Origin: Coleofasciculus sp. B1-GNL1-01
Lineage (GTDB): Bacteria; Cyanobacteriota; Cyanobacteriia; Cyanobacteriales; Coleofasciculaceae
Assembly: GCA_040220235.1 (NCBI GenBank)
Contig: JAVJTO010000039.1
Length of the DNA: 64,000 bases
Reading direction: 5' to 3' (one strand)
Positions 21,140 through 31,256 of this stretch are shown in pieces; the first letter of the stretch is position 1; every line of letters starts with the position of its first letter. A model generated the notes under the pieces. That model searched no databases. It had not been told where the DNA came from and saw only the letters and a list, made by a program, of their open reading frames with translations. The position numbers were made by a program, and so were the translations under genes.

Positions 21140-24031
21140 TTAGGGACTTTCAACCGGAAGTAACTCTCGGAACTCCCAATAACCAAGTTCACCTAAGCGG
21201 TTGATCAGTTCTACAGCAGTTTGTTTAGCTTGATCATTACTGCTTTCAATAGCAGCAGATAGAATAATCTTCGCCTCCTCGCGATAACCATAGATATGCC
21301 AAGCATTTTTGGCTGTTTCGATCTCGATCATAAGACTAAGACACTCGATGACTGACTGTGGTATTTTAGGAGCCAGTGTAGCTAAACGCTCAGATATCAG
21401 GAATTCCTCGACTTGAACACCCAGTTTAAGAACTTCTGCAAGCTGCTCAACTGCCCAAGTCTCATTAAACTTCCCAGAATTAAACCACCAGCCAAAGGCA
21501 GCAAGTTCATGAGTATGTGAAGCAGGTTCGGTACGTGCTGTATCGAGGCGCTGTTGCCAAAGTAATTGAATTCGATTGAGTATGTCTGGTTCTATCGCCT
21601 CTTTCGTCTGATGCAAGCTTCGCCCTACGCATTCAAGAGCGTATCCACAAAGAGCATCAGGTGCTTTTGCGTAAAACTGCGCCAGTAAACCTTCGGGTTC
21701 ATTGAGATTGATCGTTCCCCGCCAGTAGAGAGTCATTAAGTGCTGAGCGAGACCTTCTTCTGAATGACTCAGTTGTTGGTTTTGATGTTTCGCGGTGTCG
21801 ATTTTTTCAATTGCATTGTTGTATTCTTGATGCAGTACATCAAAGACATTATTATACACGGAGCAATAGGTAATATAGCTTTCCCAAGCCGAATCCCATA
21901 GGTGAGATAAAGCCTCATCTGCTGGAAAAATTTTACTCACATTCTGACTCGCCCAGTCTGAATCAAGTAAAACTAGCCAAGGAAACCACTGACCATATAC
22001 TGAACGAATTGCCTGTGATGGCTCATAATCTGGATCGAGATGTTCATCAAGTATTTGTCGAACTTCTGGCATTTCATTAAAACCCTGTGCAATTCGCTCG
22101 GCACTATCAGGCATTTGCTCAAAATGTCGTCGAATCCAGAGTGCGTAACGTACTACAGTATGCATTGCCGCACCGCGAACTGTATTCAGGGACAGTGTAG
22201 TGAAATCCCTATTTGATCTATTTTCCTGCGCTTCGTCTTCAGGAGTCGGGTTTGGATCTTGAGTAAGCCGTTTCAGAATGTTCCAAACATCGCCACGCAG
22301 GTTAAAGGGAATTTGCTGCTTCTGTTGATCAGTAAAACCGACTCTCAGCAAATCAGTAACTTCTTTATTGGCTGTACGCCAATAATGATCAAATTCATGA
22401 TCAATTTTCTCCTGATCACCAGCCTGATGAGATTCTTCCACTAACCAATAGCAGAGACGCAAAACAGATAACCAGGGAAATTCTCTCAATTTGTCGTGTT
22501 GGTTAATTAAGGCATTTTCTAATCCACCCAGCAGACTGTATCCATATCTGGGATGTAAATCTTGGAATTGTTCTGCCAACCGTGCATATTTTTCAGGATT
22601 TTTTTCAGCAAATCATCTGACAACTGACTCCAATCCTGCATAGGAGGGTTCATCAAATGGGTTATTAGAGTTGGGCTTCCAGGCTTTCAGAAAAGAGATT
22701 AGATCGTCGATACTCATAGAGTCCAATTCGGATTCAGTCTTAGGACTCTGAGTACCTAATATTCTGACCTCACCTATTCCACCAAAAACAATTTGGGAAA
22801 GTTCAACAGTACCAAATTCTTGAACTAGCTGCTGATATCGCTGTTGCCACTGGGTAGGCAGACTATCTTTAAAGGGCGTTAGCTTGTGTAACTGCCAATA
22901 TCTCAGCCGTTTCGCTTTTTCTTCTGGATTTTTTAGCAAAGTCCAGTCATGCTCAGGATTTTTAATCCAACTCAGAATCTTATCTTGTTCCTCTTTAGGT
23001 AAATCACCAAAATAGTCTTTGGCTAAATGAACATACTCATAATCCTCCCAAACAGTCCTATCACTAAACCGCTTCTGGTCTACTAATCTTTCAATCAAAA
23101 GATTACTGTCTGCGTCTGCAAACTTACGAATTAAGTAAAGAGCGATGCGATAAAAAACCCGCCAGTGATACTTTTCCAGCAGATCCACAATTGAACGTAA
23201 TTTTGATGGGTCGCTGTGGAGGATTGTATCGGCAGCATCTCGGACGGCAATCACTAAAAAATGTCTAACCCCGTAAGGAGAATTTCGAGGATGTTCCTCA
23301 ATCACAGGTTGCCAGTAAATTGATTTATCTTCCCAAAAGTAAGAGTTGTCTTGTTGTTCTTCTCTTGTTCCAGATGGTCGTGAAAATTCTACTGTATCAG
23401 AGAGCAGACTGCAAAGTAGTTTCTTCAATACCTTTTCACCTGCTACTGACACCAATTCTGGCACGTACTTTTCGAGAATCTGTTTATATTGCCAGTGACT
23501 AATGCGTGTTTTGGGTTCGGCACGATAATATCTCTGGGTTGCACCTGCATCCTGATTATTCAAGCTAGGTTCTGGCATTAGAGCAAGCAGTGACTTAGCA
23601 AGCCCCAGTGCTTTTTCGACTTCATCTCCCTTGGCAAGATGCACCACTAGGGAAGCAACTTGCTCGGAATCAAGATAATAGTCTGACAAATTTAGAGATT
23701 CTAACCATTCCTTAACTTTAGGCACTAGCTTGACTGCGATTTCAGGAGGCATTTGAAGTGCCGCCTCTATAAAATCTTCACACATCCTAAAATTATCAGT
23801 TTCTATGTTAAGTCCAATGTTTAGAACAGCATCCGGTTCATATTTAGCCATTCGTGCCAAATACCGAGACTCTGACGCAAGTGGATTTTTGAAGAACCCT
23901 TTTTTCTGTAGTGGCTCAATCCACTTCGGATTTTCAAGGCGGTTGAAAAAGTAATTTCGTTGCTGAGAATGAATCAGCAAGGCTACAGCTTTATCAACTT
24001 GTTCGGGAGTTGATTTGTTCCAGGATGTCAT
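21140..24031 (-). pseudogene. Large helical protein (~960 aa) interrupted by a single in-frame TGA at 22613-22615
   Basis: ORFs 22613..24079 and 21140..22579 are in the same frame: ...ESVVR*FAEKNPEKYARLAEQF...; motifs YFFNRLENPKWIEPL..GFF and SLNTVRG.AMH.V.RYALW. Confidence 0.7.
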
Positions 24032-24749
24032 CGAGTTTATCTGTAGTGCTGTAAAAACTTTGGGTGCGGGCGCATTCAATTAGAAACGACTCGAACAGTT
24101 CAAACTTAGACTGGAGTTCCTGCTCGTTGCGGTTTGCCTCATCTGTATCAACTTTACCCTTATCATGGGTTTGATCCATGAACCACTTGGTTACATCCCG
24201 CCAATGCTTGGCTATGGGATGTAATGCTTCTGGGGAAGATTGCTTCGTCGGAATACATTTTTCAAAAAAAACTATGGCTTTCTCTCTATTGTTAAGACGT
24301 ACTTGCTGATGTTTTTGAAGCAGTTGTTGGATTGCTAAAAATAGTTTTTGGGGAACAGAGATATCAGGAGAGAGAGGAGGTAAGCTACCTGAACTGTTCA
24401 TTTGGCTATCTGGAACAGTTTGAGTCAGACTAAATCCACAACCTTGCCAGCTCTCTAAAAGTCTATCTACTTCTTTCGTGTATTCCAGTCTTTTATGACC
24501 ATTACCACTGGAAATATAATCAGGTAAACGATTACGAATTTCTCTCACAGCATGAGCCACAAAGCGTAATTTACCAGGAATAGGTTGTTCAAACACTAAA
24601 CAGACTGCACCTTCATAAAGTTGAGCTAGAGGCGGAGCTTGCTCCTGCAACCATTCAAGTATTTTCAGACGAGCATTTGTCCAGTGTGTTGATAGCTCTG
24701 GTGGTAAATTATCTAGGTTAGGAGTTGGTTGTTTACGGTTAAGTTCCAC
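23994..24749 (-). CDS. Hypothetical protein, possibly HEPN-like nuclease
   Basis: LYEGA..L...RFVAHAVREIRNRLP and WFMDQTH motifs; overlaps the start of the large downstream gene. Confidence 0.55.
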   Translation of the reverse strand: MELNRKQPTPNLDNLPPELSTHWTNARLKILEWLQEQAPPLAQLYEGAVCLVFEQPIPGKLRFVAHAVREIRNRLPDYISSGNGHKRLEYTKEVDRLLESWQGCGFSLTQTVPDSQMNSSGSLPPLSPDISVPQKLFLAIQQLLQKHQQVRLNNREKAIVFFEKCIPTKQSSPEALHPIAKHWRDVTKWFMDQTHDKGKVDTDEANRNEQELQSKFELFESFLIECARTQSFYSTTDKLDDILEQINSRTS

Positions 24750-24940
24750 AACTGCCTTAAAAAATTAATCCCAATGCTTATTTCTTTAATTATAGTGATG
24801 ATCAACAGGTCAGTGCCAATAGCACTTTTGATTAACTCCGCGTTCCCGTAAGGTGGGCAATCGCACAGAATGATAGTATGAGCCTTTCCAGGTTAATAAC
24901 TCTTGCCCACCCTACCTAAAATTGACGGCTTTCAATTCGG

Positions 24941-25043
24941 TAAGCTGTTATGCATTTAAATTGGGTATTAGTAGCGAGCAAGATGCTCGCACTACAAGGC
25001 TTTCGCCGTTATTGATATTAAGGTTTAAATGCCGAACAGCTTA
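24941..25043. mobile_element. MITE (TAAGCTGTTCGGCATTTAAA family), copy 3, inverted
   Basis: TAAGCTGTTATGCATTTAAA ... TTTAAATGCCGAACAGCTTA TIRs; the reverse complement aligns with 3224-3345. Confidence 0.75.
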
Positions 25044-25085
25044 AATTGATATTCTGGCTATACAAGTCAGCAAACTTTAACCGAA

Positions 25086-25631
25086 CTAACGTTTAAACCG
25101 TTTACGTCGAGTACGACGCCGCAAGACTTGTGCTAACACAGTAGCGTCCCGTTCAGCTTTGAATAAATCCACCGATCGCGTCGTCAGTAGAAATGCACCC
25201 GATGGTTTGTACTGCACCAAAGGTAACTTCGTGATCTGATATTCACAGATGTTAGGAATAATCGCCTGTGTTGACGAATGCTGTACCTGGTGGAGTGTTT
25301 TCCAATCCGTATTAACTTGTGACGCGATCGCTTTGAGTTCTAACAACGCCCCTTCTAGTTCTGTCGATAATCGATTGATATGAGACGCTTGAGACTCTAA
25401 CCGTTTCCAGCCGTCTCTAGTTCGTTGTTGTAGCATCCGCACAGACGATTGAAATTCAAAGGATAAAGGCGGTTGAGACTTTACGGGTTGAGGGGGTGCC
25501 TTGATTGCCTTTCGGGGAACTGGGTAAGGGGAACGGTAACGCCTGCGAGGTGGCTTTTTTAAGACGCGAGGGGGTTGACGCTGCATGAACTGGGAACGCA
25601 GGAATTGAAGTCCGGCTTGCAGTGTTTTCAT
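25086..25631 (-). CDS. Hypothetical cyanobacterial protein
   Basis: Open frame with coiled coil and VDLFKAERDA..AQ.LR C-terminus; start taken at MKTLQ. Confidence 0.6.
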   Translation of the reverse strand: MKTLQAGLQFLRSQFMQRQPPRVLKKPPRRRYRSPYPVPRKAIKAPPQPVKSQPPLSFEFQSSVRMLQQRTRDGWKRLESQASHINRLSTELEGALLELKAIASQVNTDWKTLHQVQHSSTQAIIPNICEYQITKLPLVQYKPSGAFLLTTRSVDLFKAERDATVLAQVLRRRTRRKRFKR

Positions 25632-26035
25632 GAGGATCACGCTGTAATTTGGTACAAATGTACTATATTGAGCGTGAAATAGCAAGCTCTCCTCAATAAA
25701 GAACGCTACAACGAAGAATCCCCCCTTTTACTAGAAAAGAGGGGACTCCCAAGGAATATTTCTTCAAAGATAGAGAGTTCAGTTAGTGCTTCTGTATAGG
25801 ATTCGCTGGTTGAATAAGTGAGTTGAATTTACCAGCACTTTTATAGTAAGCCCCTAATTAGCGGGTTGACAATAAAAATCGGTCAATTTTACAAAAACTT
25901 TATAGATCTCTCGATCAGCTTTATCAGAACTTAATATTTCAGGTCATCTGATATTTACAATGAGGGCGACTAGGGGAACATCCTCAAAGCGAATGTACGT
26001 CCCTGCCGCCCTTGTGGTTATGAAAAGAGAAAGGA

Positions 26036-27259
26036 TTACGGTGCTAAAGCGTTTCCGCGTAACAGACTACCAATCGTCTTGGCAGTAATTTTGAGCTGCA
26101 CTAAAGGATTAGCAGGCACAACCGTTTTGTACAAGTAACTGTCAAACGTGAGTCGCTGCACATCTAGATCTGAACACATTTCCACAAACGCTTCACGAGT
26201 CGCATCGGAGCGATAGAAGACCGTTTGCAGAATATCCAGCACCTTGTAGGTGATGCCATACTTCTTATCCCAACGCTTGAGATACAGCTTGAGATCCGCT
26301 TCCGTAGGAATGCGAGTTCCGCCATTGGAAGTTTCCACAATGGTTTCGGCGCACATCCGCGCTGATTTTGCCGCAAAGTAAATCCCTTCACCCGACGATT
26401 TCGTCACCGTTCCCGCTGCGTCTCCAACTAAAGCCACCCGACCCACGACTCGGCGAGGTCTGGGATGCTCTGGAATTGGGTGTGCCTCAACTTTGATGAT
26501 TTCACCACCGACAAGTTTCTTGGCGGCACGAGCGCGAATCCCTGCTTGTAGCTTTTTAATTTTGGCTTGGTTCACCTTCATCGTCCCCGTACCAACGGCA
26601 ACGTGGTCGTATTTGGGGAAAACCCAAGCGTAGAAGTCAGGAGAAACGTCGTTACCTACATACATTTCTGCCAGGTCTTCATAATAGTTCATCATGTCCC
26701 CTGGCAGGCGAATCCGCTCTTGGAACGCGATCGCATAATTGTAGTCCCCGGCGTCAATTGCCTTAGCCACGCGGGAATTCGCGCCATCAGCACCAATCAC
26801 TAGGTCTACTTTCAGGGTTTTTTGTACACCACTGAGACTTCCGTCGGAATGGTCAGCGTAGTGCAGGGTATAGGGTTCTGTATTACTTGTGGGAATATCG
26901 AGTTTATGAACAGTGCCATTAATTAAAGTTGCGCCCAGATTGGCAGCGCGGTTCCGCATGAAGCCATCCAGGATTTCCCGGCGGCACATACCAATATATT
27001 CGTCTTCGTTTTCTAGGTTGATATCCACCTCTATATTCGATGGCGAGATCATCTTCATCTTTCTGACTCGCCGATCAATAATTTCAGGTGGCAGGTCAAA
27101 TTCACTAACCATACAGAGCGGAATGGCTCCGCCACAGGGTTTAGCATTGTCTAGCTTACGCTCAAACAAGTAGGTTTCGATTCCAGCTTTTGCTAGAGTC
27201 TCTGCGGCAGACGAGCCAGCAGGTCCTGAACCAACAACCGCAACCCTTAGTGCAGGCAT
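26036..27259 (-). CDS. chlP: Geranylgeranyl reductase
   Basis: LRVAVVGSGPAGSS..AKPCGGAIPLC..VGDAAG..SGEGIYFAAKS; start at MPALR with GGAGA RBS. Confidence 0.97.
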   Translation of the reverse strand: MPALRVAVVGSGPAGSSAAETLAKAGIETYLFERKLDNAKPCGGAIPLCMVSEFDLPPEIIDRRVRKMKMISPSNIEVDINLENEDEYIGMCRREILDGFMRNRAANLGATLINGTVHKLDIPTSNTEPYTLHYADHSDGSLSGVQKTLKVDLVIGADGANSRVAKAIDAGDYNYAIAFQERIRLPGDMMNYYEDLAEMYVGNDVSPDFYAWVFPKYDHVAVGTGTMKVNQAKIKKLQAGIRARAAKKLVGGEIIKVEAHPIPEHPRPRRVVGRVALVGDAAGTVTKSSGEGIYFAAKSARMCAETIVETSNGGTRIPTEADLKLYLKRWDKKYGITYKVLDILQTVFYRSDATREAFVEMCSDLDVQRLTFDSYLYKTVVPANPLVQLKITAKTIGSLLRGNALAP

Positions 27260-27472
27260 TTTTTCTCCCAATCGTTTTCGAGGTACGGATTGCATGGTAT
27301 CACGGACATTTAGCGATTTCATCCGCAATGTGCGATCGCGGCTCAATTTGAAATACAGCTTAACAATTGTCTTAATAAAGCTTAATATGTTGTCCGTTGT
27401 CCTTGGTCTTATATCCCAGGAAAGCTATCTGCATCGTTACAATTAGGACAACTGTTCACTACTTCTACTGAT

Positions 27473-27772
27473 ATGTCAGCACCACCCTTGTCACCAAAAC
27501 CGACAAGACAAATACTGGTATGTCAGCACCGTACTTGCCGCAAACAAGGTGCAGCTAAAGTCTTGGCAGCATTTCAGGCTTTACCTGTTAATGGAGTTAC
27601 AGTTAGCGGTAGCCGTTGTCTGGGAGAATGTGGCAATGGTCCGATGGTCGTGGTTTTACCTGAAGAAACATGGTACTGTCGAGTTCACCCCGATGAAGTT
27701 CCCGCCGTAGTACAACGACATATCAAAGACGGACAACCTGTGAAGGCAATGCTTTATCAGAAGTATCATTGA
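27473..27772 (+). CDS. Thioredoxin-like [2Fe-2S] ferredoxin
   Basis: VCQHRTCRKQGA...CLGECGNGPMV cysteine pattern. Confidence 0.88.
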   Translation: MSAPPLSPKPTRQILVCQHRTCRKQGAAKVLAAFQALPVNGVTVSGSRCLGECGNGPMVVVLPEETWYCRVHPDEVPAVVQRHIKDGQPVKAMLYQKYH

Positions 27773-27881
27773 CCTTTGTAGGTTGGGTTGACGAAGGAAA
27801 CCCAACTCCAAGATCAGCCTGTTGGGTAAATAGCGGTTTCGAGAAGGGCAGAATGAAATAAGGGCGGGTTTTGTTGAAAGG

Positions 27882-29292
27882 TTATTGGTAGGATACAACA
27901 ATTAAAGGGTGACATCCTCCTACACGCTCCCCTACGGGTACAGTGTAGGCTTCTTTTGTCGTAGTCTTACGACTACGCTTCCGGCGTTTTATAGTGGGGA
28001 ATATGCCCAGCCCCACTTTCTTGATGTTAATCGCTGCATTCCAGTCTCTGTCCAGAATTAATCCGCATAAACATTCGTGTATTCGGACAGATAAATCTTT
28101 TTCTTGATAACGATTACAGCAAGAACATATCTGGCTTGTATCATGGGGTTTAACTTTCACCACCGACTTACCAGCTTTCGCAGCTAAGTAGCGTGAGAAT
28201 TGAAAGGAATTGACTCCAGCCAGCATCATTGATCGACTTGTTTAAGCCTGATTTGGCACTCTGACCATTGGGTAAATATTTTCCATTTTCATCCTGCTTG
28301 GGTTTGTTTTTCCGGGATAAGTTTCCCGGCTTGATGTCCTCGACAAAGAATACCTGCTCGTCCCGACTCACCAGTTTTGTGGCTGACTCGTAATGAAACT
28401 GTTTCCGCTTGCGCTGCAACCTCTGGTGGTGTTTCGATATCTTTTTCGCCAACCTCCGCCGTGATGCTGATTGATGAGGTTTACTATCTTTGCGATTAGC
28501 TAGCTTTGCCAGCTTTGACTCAGACTTACGGTAGTGTTGCTGAATTGGCTCTACCTCACCATCTGATGCCGTCCAGAACTTCTCTAGTCCTACATCTAAC
28601 CCAAGGGAATTCTTTTCCGTTGCTTCTATTTCTGGTGATTTTAGGCTAGGAACGGTCTTGTCCTCTAAGGTTAAGCAGATATACCAACCATCGGCACGAC
28701 GCGACACCAGTGCCGCTTTAATAGTGAACCCTTCTGGGATTGGGCGATGATAGATAAGCTTAACCTGACCGATTTTGGGCAGGTTTATATAAGCGATATC
28801 GCGCCGCGTGTCACCATTTTTGCGCCGATGAGGATTAGGAGCAACACTTAGGCAATCTGGTTTTAATTGGGGAATCGAAAATGTTCGGTATCGCCGCAGC
28901 GACTTAAACCGAGGTTTTCCACTTCGCTTACCATTTGAATCACCTGCAACAAAACGATTAAACGCATCCTCTACTCGCTTAATCGCCTCTTGAATTACCT
29001 GTGAGTGAACTCCCTTGTATAGGTGCTTAAAAGCTTCCCTTGACCAATGGGTAGCCCGTTTCTGTGAGTAATAGGTTGGCGGGCCTTTAAGTTCTGGTAA
29101 ATGGGTGACAAAAATTGAGCAAGCATTGACTGGGCGGCGGTTACACTCCCACCAGTTAAACCTTTCCTCTAGCATCAGATTATGTATCCGGCATAGTTTG
29201 TGCAGCCAGTTGTTTAGCTGGCAATCCTGTTGTTTGTCCGGCACAATCCGATACTGGTAATTCAACTTAAACCTGTCTTTGCTTCGCTTCAA
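27882..29292 (-). pseudogene. tnpB: RNA-guided endonuclease TnpB with +1 frameshift near 28191
   Basis: YQYRI.P, GKPRFK, LGLDVG (RuvC-I), VEDI (RuvC-II), DAGW, TSQICSCC..CLCG..DRDWNAA (RuvC-III) split over ORFs 28168..29292 and 27882..28229; GGAGGTGA RBS. Confidence 0.9.
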
Positions 29293-29423
29293 TTTTTATC
29301 ACCTCCCTTGCATTTTATTATAACACCTGCAAACCCAATAATCAGGTAGAAATAAACTTTTAATACTGGCGATTAATCCCACGCTCAATCAAAGATTAGA
29401 GCGTGGGGCTTCTCGCCGGGTTA
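27909..29423 (-). mobile_element. Non-autonomous IS200/IS605-family element (tnpB only)
   Basis: Right end: hairpin CCTACAC..GTGTAGG then TCAC (27912-27909, minus). Left end: hairpin CCCACGCTC..GAGCGTGGG (29378-29408) preceded by TTAGC target on minus. No tnpA. Confidence 0.8.
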
Positions 29424-29436
29424 GCTAAACCCGCCC

Positions 29437-30498
29437 CTACTGACTCCCCTGGTATTCGTGGGTTAAAAAGGGAACATCCACAACTTCACCCTCAATCTCT
29501 CCCACCTTAACCTTAAGCCCAACACCCCCAGCTTTAGTGCGGATATAGGCTAAACCGATGCAACCGTGTTCCGTTGGCGTACAACTGGTTAACTTGCCGA
29601 CTTTTTCCCCATCCATGGTGATTACGGTTCCCGGTTCCACAGGTGCTGGTAAACGCACTCCCCACAATTGTTGCTTGACGCCTTTGTAAGTATTTAATCG
29701 CGCGATCGTTTCCTGACCGATATAACATCCTTTATCAAAGGAAATCGTATTCCACAACCCCGCTTCTAGGGGATTATAATCCTCTGTTAGTTCATAATCA
29801 GGAAGCGGACGTCCTTGTTCAATTCGCAACTGTTGCCATACGCGATCGCCCATTGGTGTAGCATTGGCTGTAGTTAAGGTTTGCCATAACTTTGCTGCAT
29901 CGCTGGTGGGAACAATAAGGGTATATCCGGGGAGTGCTAAACCACTTCCTCTAGCAATTCGCACTTCAATATCATTTAGCGTCAGGTGTTGATGACTAGC
30001 ATACGCCTCACCAATCGACAACTGCACACCTGCCTTGCTCAAAAGGGTATCACTTTCGGGTCCAACTAGGCTAAAAATAGCACTATCCTGGGAGATATCC
30101 GCCAATTCCACCCGATCCATGGGAAAGATATAGCGATCCAGCCATTCGAGTAACTGTTGACGCCGATTGGGAGATACCAACAGTAATACCGCCTCTTCAG
30201 TGACGTAAGCGGTTACCAGATCAATAGTACGGGCAGTTGAGGTCACAAAAACTGTATCACATCCCTGTCCCGGTTTCAGGTTCTGGAAATCATTGGTACT
30301 TTGATTATGCAAAAAGCGCAGTCTATCCTCATCAGAGATTTTCAGCAATCCCCAATGGGATAAGTCAACTAAAGCCACCCCTTGACGCGCGGCTTGGATG
30401 GCGGCTGCATCATTCCCGAAACTGGTTGGCGCTTGCACCTGGGCTGGATCAAAGGTTGCTCCTGCACTACGCTGTATCTCTTGTAAGGTTTGGCTCAT
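29437..30498 (-). CDS. ygfZ: Folate-binding protein YgfZ (GcvT family)
   Basis: KGCYIGQETIARL signature; DRLRFLHNQSTN. Confidence 0.92.
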   Translation of the reverse strand: MSQTLQEIQRSAGATFDPAQVQAPTSFGNDAAAIQAARQGVALVDLSHWGLLKISDEDRLRFLHNQSTNDFQNLKPGQGCDTVFVTSTARTIDLVTAYVTEEAVLLLVSPNRRQQLLEWLDRYIFPMDRVELADISQDSAIFSLVGPESDTLLSKAGVQLSIGEAYASHQHLTLNDIEVRIARGSGLALPGYTLIVPTSDAAKLWQTLTTANATPMGDRVWQQLRIEQGRPLPDYELTEDYNPLEAGLWNTISFDKGCYIGQETIARLNTYKGVKQQLWGVRLPAPVEPGTVITMDGEKVGKLTSCTPTEHGCIGLAYIRTKAGGVGLKVKVGEIEGEVVDVPFLTHEYQGSQ

Positions 30499-30602
30499 AC
30501 GTCAAATCCTGTGGTTAACCCAATACGGCTTGGTTAATCAAAATTGTAGAGTAAAAGATGAACAGGGAAAACAGTTGTGGGCAATTTGAAAGAAATCAAC
30601 CG

Positions 30603-31253
30603 CTAAACCTTTTTCTGTGCTTGCAAGTGAGTAACTAGATGATGTATTGTTGTTGATGGGTTATTACTTTCTGATAATTGCTTTTCTAATTTTTGAGCAT
30701 TCGCAATAGCTTGATCAAGTTTTAATTTAAGTAAATTGTAGTAACCTGAGTTGCTTTTATCATAATCTTCAAGACCGACTTGCTTCAATTCCCTATTTAA
30801 CTGCTCGATCAATTGTTTGCAATTTTCAAAGGGACTACTCGTATAGCGATAATGGAGTAAAAACCAAAACTCAAAACAGGGAACAGGCAGAATTGGCTTA
30901 ATTGTGTAGCGTGAATAGCCATGAGCGTTATTTATAGCTTCTTGATATTCTGGTCTATCCCCATCAAATAGACAAAATACTTCATCATATTTTGGTTTTC
31001 CCTTCTTTTGGTTATCTTTCTGGTTTGCTTCACAGAGCTTAATGGCATTTTTCACGATATCGATACAAGAGCCACCAGAACCGGAAACTACCTTTATCGT
31101 AGTTGTCGGTAATTTCAAATCCTGCTTTAATTCAGAAAAATAATTGTATTCTGTTTCTTGACCTTCAACCACAATCAGAATCAATTTACTGGGTCGCCTA
31201 AACCTTTTTTTGCGTTTGAGTTCTTGTTCAGACTTTCCTCGCTGCTTTGGCAT
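30603..31253 (-). CDS. rloB: RloB-like protein (TOPRIM-like)
   Basis: LIVVEGQETEYNYF, CLFDGD, PCFEFWFLLHY, NPSTT motifs; downstream of an RloA-type ATPase. Confidence 0.85.
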   Translation of the reverse strand: MPKQRGKSEQELKRKKRFRRPSKLILIVVEGQETEYNYFSELKQDLKLPTTTIKVVSGSGGSCIDIVKNAIKLCEANQKDNQKKGKPKYDEVFCLFDGDRPEYQEAINNAHGYSRYTIKPILPVPCFEFWFLLHYRYTSSPFENCKQLIEQLNRELKQVGLEDYDKSNSGYYNLLKLKLDQAIANAQKLEKQLSESNNPSTTIHHLVTHLQAQKKV

Positions 31254-31256
31254 AGT

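Noticed and set aside
27260..27346. 29-aa N-terminal extension of ChlP in the ORF track
   Set aside because: The family starts at the LRVAVVG motif and an RBS-like GGAGA precedes ATG 27259.
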